A stretch of DNA of 64,000 bases from positions 1,920,001 through 1,984,000 of the forward strand of contig CBDCTH010000012.1 in assembly GCA_965222155.1 (NCBI GenBank), read 5' to 3'. The DNA comes from Gammaproteobacteria bacterium. GTDB taxonomy: Bacteria; Pseudomonadota; Gammaproteobacteria; Eutrophobiales; Eutrophobiaceae. Each line of letters begins with the position of its first letter. Within the stretch, counting starts at the first letter, position 1. The position numbers were made by a program, and so were the translations under genes. The notes under the pieces were generated by a model. It had not been told where the DNA came from. It was given only the letters and a program-made list of their open reading frames with translations, and ran no database searches. Shown here piece after piece: positions 58,609-64,000 of the stretch.

Positions 58609-58677
58609 CCGCAGACAGGAATCATATTGCTAAGGTGCAATAGCCTGGTGAGGCCATTGGCTAATTCGAGAATCTAA

Positions 58678-59352
58678 ATGAAAATATATCTATTACCTAT
58701 TGTTTTTACTCTATTTATTGTTGTTAATACGCCTGTTTTTGGAGAAGATTCGAGCATGACCGAAAAACAAAAACTGAGTTATGCCCTGGGCGTATTTTTT
58801 GCCCAGAGCGTATCACAGCAGGATATCGACATGGATGTGGAACATTTCCTGGCGGCGGTAGCTGACGTCTTGAATAATGATGAGCCGAAACTGTCCGTTG
58901 AAGAAATACAATCTATTTTTACAAAGTTCCAACAACGGGAACAGGAAAAAAGAACCAGGCAAGCGACTGCCAACAATCAGGCCGGGAAAGCGTTTCTGGA
59001 ACAAAACAGGACGGAGGAAGGTGTGGTAGAGCTGGATAACGGCCTGCAATATAAAATCCTGCGGCCCGGAACCGGCGTAAACCCGAAACCCGACAGCGAA
59101 GTGACCGTTCATTACCGGGGAACACTGCTTAACGGTAATGAGTTCGATAGTTCATATAAGCGTAACCAGCCGACGAAACTGACCCTGAACCGCGTCATTC
59201 AGGGCTGGCAACAGGCGTTACCCCTGATGAAAACAGGCGCTAAATGGCAACTGTACATACCATCGGAACTTGCCTACGGTCCTGCAGGACAGGGGGCTAT
59301 CGGAGCGGATGAAACTTTGATCTTTGAGGTCGAATTAATTGAGGTACATTAA
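58678..59352 (+). CDS. FKBP-type peptidyl-prolyl isomerase (Mip/FkpA-like, exported)
   Basis: Signal peptide, KLSYALG, GLQYK, VHYRGTL..G.EFDSSY, IPSELAYG, LIFEVEL. Confidence 0.93.
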   Translation: MKIYLLPIVFTLFIVVNTPVFGEDSSMTEKQKLSYALGVFFAQSVSQQDIDMDVEHFLAAVADVLNNDEPKLSVEEIQSIFTKFQQREQEKRTRQATANNQAGKAFLEQNRTEEGVVELDNGLQYKILRPGTGVNPKPDSEVTVHYRGTLLNGNEFDSSYKRNQPTKLTLNRVIQGWQQALPLMKTGAKWQLYIPSELAYGPAGQGAIGADETLIFEVELIEVH

Positions 59353-59368
59353 CAGTTTGGCAACGGCA

Positions 59369-59460
59369 GTTATTCCTGCGAAAGCAGGAATCCGGTTACT
59401 TCAATGATTCATTACAGGGAAAGCTGGTTTGACTGGATTCCGCGTCAAGCCCGGAATGAC
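59369..59460. repeat. GTCATTCC-type palindrome pair
   Basis: gttattcctgcgaaagcaggaatccgg...ctggattccgcgtcaagcccggaatgac. Confidence 0.8.
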
Positions 59461-59940
59461 GGGCCGCCGGCTCATCGAAATGATAATGGAGGATTATCAG
59501 TTTTCATTACGGGAACGATAGCTGTGTTGGTCCTGGCTTTCAACGGTACTGGCGGCCTGGCCGACGACAATACTGATGATCCTGTTAACGCAGGAATTGC
59601 CGCTTATGAAATGGGCCATTATAAAGAGGCTGCTGAGAATTTTAATAACGCCCTTCAGTCGGCGCCGGATACTTCATTCCTGCATCATTGGCTGGGCAAA
59701 TGTTATGGGCGTATCGCTGAAAACGCTAACTGGTTCAAGGCCATGTCTTATGCGAAAAAGACCCTGAAACAATTCCGTAAGGCTGTCAAACTGGACGTGA
59801 ATAACCGTGAGGCCCTGCGTGACCTGGTAGATTACCTTGATACGGCGCCCGCATTCATGGGTGGGAATAAGCAGGAAGCGATACATCTGAAGCAACGCTT
59901 GGAACAGTTACAAATCGTGCGCGAGGAAAGCAATGAATAG
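59404..59940 (+). CDS. Tetratricopeptide-repeat protein (start uncertain)
   Basis: GIAAYEMGHYKEAAENF..AL..AP...HHWLGKCYG, FRKAVKLD; signal-like hydrophobic segment. Confidence 0.75.
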   Translation: MIHYRESWFDWIPRQARNDGPPAHRNDNGGLSVFITGTIAVLVLAFNGTGGLADDNTDDPVNAGIAAYEMGHYKEAAENFNNALQSAPDTSFLHHWLGKCYGRIAENANWFKAMSYAKKTLKQFRKAVKLDVNNREALRDLVDYLDTAPAFMGGNKQEAIHLKQRLEQLQIVREESNE

Positions 59941-62044
59941 AGTAGTCCTGCTGCTGTTCATGGTGCTGGCTGCAACTGCCAGGGCGAACCCGCCGCTTGT
60001 CATCGACGCAGAGCTGCGCGCCGAGGAACGCCACAAGCGCGCTACGGTAATCATCACTCATATCATGGATAAATACCATTACCGAAAAAAGCCGCTGAAT
60101 GATGCTTTGTCCAGCCGGATACTGGATTCTTACCTGGACAGCCTGGATGGGAATCACAGTTTTTTTCTTGAACAAGATATAGCGGGTTTTGAGCGGTATC
60201 GCTTCCTGCTCGACGATGCGCTTGAGGGCCCGGACCTTGAACCCGCCTATGCCATCTTCAAGGTTTACCGGCAGCGGGTTGCTGAACGCGCCGCCTATGC
60301 CCGAGGACTGCTTGAAACCGAATTTGATTTCAGCATCGATGAGGACTACATGTTTGACCGACTGGAAAGTGACTGGGCGCAGACAGAGGATGAATTGAAC
60401 GAAACCTGGAGAAAGAAGGTAAAGAATGATTATTTGATGTTGCGACTTGCGGACAAGGATACCGACGAGATAAAGGAAATATTGCACAAACGCTATACAC
60501 GCTTCAAAACCGGTACTTTCCAGCTTAACTCCAATGACGTGTTCCAGTCGTTCATTAATGCTTATACCGTAGTCATCGAACCCCACACTTCCTATTTTAC
60601 CCCGCGTTCATCGGAAAACTTCGATATCACCATGCGCCTTTCCCTGGAAGGAATCGGCGCAGTATTACGTGCGGAGCAGGATTACACGGTGGTACAGAAA
60701 ATAATCCCCGGGGGACCGGCTGAACTCGGCGGTCAACTGCATGCGGAAGATAAGGTCATCGGCGTCGGACAAGGCATCCTGGGTGAGATAACGGATGTGG
60801 TAGGCTGGCGTCTTGATGATGTGGTCGACATGATTCGAGGCCCGAAAGGCTCTGTAGTCAGGTTGGAAATTTTGTCTGATAGAACCGGCTTAGAAGGTGC
60901 CGGGAAAATCATCTCCATCACCCGGGATGAAATAAGATTGGAAGATCAGGCTGCCAAATCGGAGATTATCCGATTGGAAAATGGCGGGAAAATCGGCGTC
61001 ATAGATGTGCCCACTTTTTACAGTGACTTTCCGGCCCAGGCGAAAGGAGAAAAGGACTATCGCAGCACGACCCGGGACGTAAGGCGTTTACTCTCCGAGT
61101 TAAAGGATAAAAACCTGGATGGCCTGATAATTGACCTGCGCGGTAACGGCGGCGGTTCGTTGAGCGAATCCCTGGAATTGACCGGATTATTCATAGAATC
61201 CGGACCTATCATTCAGACCAGGGACTACGCCGGCAATATCGAGATCAACAACGACCCTGACCCGGACATTACATATGGGGGCCCGTTAGCCGTACTGGTC
61301 AATCGCAACAGCGCATCGGCTTCCGAGATTATTGCCGGCGCAATCCAGGACTACCGACGCGGGATCATTATCGGCGAACCTACTTTCGGCAAAGGCACGG
61401 TACAGAATATTATTGATTTAAATAACTTTACCGAATCCTCGGACGAGGACCACGGCCGACTGAAGGCTACGATTGCACAGTTTTTCCGCATCAGCGGCGG
61501 CAGTAATCAACACCGGGGGGTAACCCCTGACATCATATTTCCCACTGCCCTCTACGATAAAGAGTACGGCGAACGGGTTCTGGACAATGCCCTGCCCTGG
61601 GATAAAGTCAAACCGGTCCGTTTCATACCGACCAATGCACCGGTGGAAAGTTTTGACCGGGCCAGGATATTTCATGAGAAGCGTATAAAAAACAACCGCT
61701 TAATCCGGCTGCTGCTGAAGGAGATTGAAGCAGTGCAAGTGACGAATAATATGACAACCGTCAGTCTGCAGGAAAGCAAACGCAGAGCGGAACGCGAAAA
61801 GCTCCAGCTCGCATCAGCAGAGTTACGCAATGAATTCCGCGTTGCAGCGGGGTTAGAGCCTGTACCCGCCACTTCCGAGAACCTTGAGGAGGATGACCAA
61901 CTGGAAGATATCGATCCGTTACTGGATGAAACTGCCCGGATATTGTTTGATCTGGTCACTCCGGCCGGGCAGGTAGCAGGCGGATTTCCTGATACTGCAA
62001 AAACTGCAGGGATAACAACACGCACAGGAGGAACCATCCAATGA
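59933..62044 (+). CDS. prc: Carboxy-terminal processing protease (S41A)
   Basis: EPHTSY, LEGIGA.L PDZ, DLRGNGGGSL, SASASEI, TFGKGTVQ, GVTPDI. Confidence 0.95.
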   Translation: MNRVVLLLFMVLAATARANPPLVIDAELRAEERHKRATVIITHIMDKYHYRKKPLNDALSSRILDSYLDSLDGNHSFFLEQDIAGFERYRFLLDDALEGPDLEPAYAIFKVYRQRVAERAAYARGLLETEFDFSIDEDYMFDRLESDWAQTEDELNETWRKKVKNDYLMLRLADKDTDEIKEILHKRYTRFKTGTFQLNSNDVFQSFINAYTVVIEPHTSYFTPRSSENFDITMRLSLEGIGAVLRAEQDYTVVQKIIPGGPAELGGQLHAEDKVIGVGQGILGEITDVVGWRLDDVVDMIRGPKGSVVRLEILSDRTGLEGAGKIISITRDEIRLEDQAAKSEIIRLENGGKIGVIDVPTFYSDFPAQAKGEKDYRSTTRDVRRLLSELKDKNLDGLIIDLRGNGGGSLSESLELTGLFIESGPIIQTRDYAGNIEINNDPDPDITYGGPLAVLVNRNSASASEIIAGAIQDYRRGIIIGEPTFGKGTVQNIIDLNNFTESSDEDHGRLKATIAQFFRISGGSNQHRGVTPDIIFPTALYDKEYGERVLDNALPWDKVKPVRFIPTNAPVESFDRARIFHEKRIKNNRLIRLLLKEIEAVQVTNNMTTVSLQESKRRAEREKLQLASAELRNEFRVAAGLEPVPATSENLEEDDQLEDIDPLLDETARILFDLVTPAGQVAGGFPDTAKTAGITTRTGGTIQ

Positions 62045-62487
62045 CACTGAAAAACTTATCCATATTGTGCTTGTTATCATTATTTTATGTATTGTCACAG
62101 GCGGTATCGGCAATAGACGTAAAAGGGACAATTCAATACCGCCAGAACTATATGAATGCCATCAGCGGTCACACCGGAGCAATTCGACGGCTTAAAGATG
62201 GTCGTTTCAACGCGCCAGGACACCTGCAGATGCACACTGACGCCCTGGCAAAGCTGACCAGGGATATCGCCCTGTTATTTCCGGAGGGAACATTGGCCGG
62301 GAAAACCGATGCAAAACCGGAGATCTGGGAAAACTGGTCAGACTTTGAAGCCCGTGCAAATGAAAGTCAACAAGCGGCACAAGCCCTCCTTGACGCAGTT
62401 CAATCCGGTGATGCAGGGGTAATCGATACCAGGTTCGGCGAGTTAACGCAGACCTGTAAAGCCTGTCACCGACCGTTCAGGAAGTGA
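62041..62487 (+). CDS. Cytochrome c' / c556 (class II)
   Basis: Signal peptide, YRQNYM, LFPEGT, AKPEIWENW..F, C-terminal CKACH. Confidence 0.9.
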   Translation: MTLKNLSILCLLSLFYVLSQAVSAIDVKGTIQYRQNYMNAISGHTGAIRRLKDGRFNAPGHLQMHTDALAKLTRDIALLFPEGTLAGKTDAKPEIWENWSDFEARANESQQAAQALLDAVQSGDAGVIDTRFGELTQTCKACHRPFRK

Positions 62488-62500
62488 TATTTTCAGCCAT

Positions 62501-63424
62501 ATGGCTAAAATTAACTGGTTCCGGTTGGCGCTTTTGGGCGCGGTTTTCCTGCTTGCCTCGCTCTGGTGGCTGTCACGACCGGAGCCGCTCCCTGCTTTTG
62601 CCGTCCCGGAGAACAGTCTTACTGAAACTGATATCAGTCGAGGCGAATACCTGGTAAATATTGCCGGCTGCGTCAGTTGTCACACGGATGCAGACAACGG
62701 CGGCGCCCACCTGGCCGGCGGAGTGAAGCTGGATACCCCGTTCGGCAGTTTTTTCGCCCCCAATATTACATCGGACAGGGAAACCGGCATCGGTGACTGG
62801 AGCTTCGCGGATTTTGCCGGGGCGATGCACCTGGGTATTACACCCGCGGGAGCACGCTATTACCCTGCATTTCCCTATACATCCTACACACAAATTCACT
62901 TTTCCGACCTGCGCGCCATGTATGACTACCTGCAGGCGACGCCACCGATCAAGCGCCGCAATAAGCCACATGAATTACCCTGGTATATCAACCGTTTAAT
63001 GTTACCGGCCTGGCAGGCATTATTTTTCAGACCCGGTGTTTTCCAGGCCGACGCCGTTCATAACGAAAGCCTCAACCGTGGGGCGTATATCGTCAATGCC
63101 CTGACCCATTGCAGTGAGTGCCACACACCCAGGAACCTGTTCGGCGCCACTCGCCCGGAACTGTTCCTGGCCGGCTCCGAAGACGGGCCTGATGGGGACC
63201 CGGTCCCCAACATCACATCATCGGAAACAGATGGTATTGGTGGCTGGGATGAGGATGAGTTATTACTCTACCTGGAAGAAGGCGAATTGCCCGATGGCGA
63301 TTATGCCGGCGGCGCCATGGTTGACGTGATTGATAATTCCACCAGCTTGATGAACCCGGCAGACCTGCAAGGAGTGATCCGGTACCTGCTCTCTGTTCCT
63401 GCCGTGGATCATTCTTCCCCATGA
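62501..63424 (+). CDS. Membrane-anchored di-haem cytochrome c (dehydrogenase cytochrome subunit-like)
   Basis: RGEYL..GCVSCH, APNITSD.ETGIG.WS, YPAFPY, RGAYIV..HCSECH. Confidence 0.88.
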   Translation: MAKINWFRLALLGAVFLLASLWWLSRPEPLPAFAVPENSLTETDISRGEYLVNIAGCVSCHTDADNGGAHLAGGVKLDTPFGSFFAPNITSDRETGIGDWSFADFAGAMHLGITPAGARYYPAFPYTSYTQIHFSDLRAMYDYLQATPPIKRRNKPHELPWYINRLMLPAWQALFFRPGVFQADAVHNESLNRGAYIVNALTHCSECHTPRNLFGATRPELFLAGSEDGPDGDPVPNITSSETDGIGGWDEDELLLYLEEGELPDGDYAGGAMVDVIDNSTSLMNPADLQGVIRYLLSVPAVDHSSP

Positions 63425-63571
63425 CGGGATCACAGCCAGGATTGCCGTTACTGGAGGTAGCGTAACTAATTATCATCACTTGTAAACAATAATTATGATT
63501 GGAAGACTCAATATCCTGCTAAAATAGCAATCGATTAAACGGGCTTAAGCAGAAGAATCCACAAGAGTCTC

Positions 63572-64000
63572 ATGACACTTAGCATTGACCAACTCCCCAC
63601 CATTGATGTCACCGCAGCCTTTGCCTCCAGTGACGATTTTGATACTATTGTTATGTCGGCCCATGAACAGGGACCCTTCGCCCGTAGCGCTCGCGGGTTG
63701 GAAGTGCTGGGACATAAAGAATGTGTCAGCTTATTAAGGGATCGGCGCTTACATTCAGATCATATGGGCCTGGTGGAGGCCATGGGCTTTCCTGAAGGGC
63801 CGGCAAAGGAATTCAAAAAATGCATGTTATTAAGCCACGGCCGGGATGAATACCGCACGCGTATCCGCCAGGCACTGATACGAGCAATCGGCGCCTCTGT
63901 CATAGAAGAGCAACGCCCCATGATCCGGCAACTTGTCAAGGATCTCCTGCTGAAAATAGATCCGGACAAAGAAACCGATCTGCTGCACGATTTCGCTTTT
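63572..64000 (+). CDS. Probable cytochrome P450 (N-terminal part; runs off window)
   Basis: Manual translation ...VLGHKECVSLLRDRRL...EYRTRIRQAL...IEEQRPMIRQLVKDLL...DLLHDFAF follows the bacterial P450 N-terminal pattern; the haem Cys motif is not in the window. Confidence 0.65.
   Translation, partial: MTLSIDQLPTIDVTAAFASSDDFDTIVMSAHEQGPFARSARGLEVLGHKECVSLLRDRRLHSDHMGLVEAMGFPEGPAKEFKKCMLLSHGRDEYRTRIRQALIRAIGASVIEEQRPMIRQLVKDLLLKIDPDKETDLLHDFAF

Overview
Chromosomal window from a gammaproteobacterium (inferred from a separate-gene nuoA-J operon, mutH and the rpsB-tsf-pyrH...dnaE-accA-tilS cluster). Layout: (1) 1-9632, minus strand, nuoA-J of respiratory complex I (nuoJ cut by the window edge). 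(2) ~9.7-30.7 kb accessory block with no visible integrase or tRNA: a DUF938 methyltransferase; a type I R-M locus (hsdM-yhcG-hsdS-...-hsdR-M48) that shows decay and has an apparently intact Gabija pair (gajA-gajB) nested inside it; a Phd/YefM-VapC toxin-antitoxin pair; and a Fur-boxed haem-uptake operon (small Cys/His protein, hemP missed by the ORF track, TonB receptor, hmuTUV, hugZ-like), followed by a relic of a second hemP-leader-receptor module. (3) 30.9-53 kb, minus strand, tilS...rpsB core cluster, with RpsB carrying a long repeat tail. (4) 53.1-64 kb, plus strand: map, glnD, mutH, dusA, FKBP, TPR protein, prc, cytochrome c', di-haem cytochrome c and a partial P450. The most striking unexplained signal is in the intergenic gaps of the core operons, which carry at least five families of palindromic mini-elements, often nested in each other. 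These include eight GCCACAGAG-armed elements (one with what looks like a decayed GxxExxY nuclease 3' end), a TA-flanked element whose terminal repeats co-vary between copies, and a 72-bp multi-hairpin element inserted right after GTTC at two different positions in two copies of that host. Several of these elements have rewritten the C-termini of housekeeping proteins (EF-Ts, Dxr, RNase HII, LpxB). All calls were made by eye from motifs; no database searches were run.
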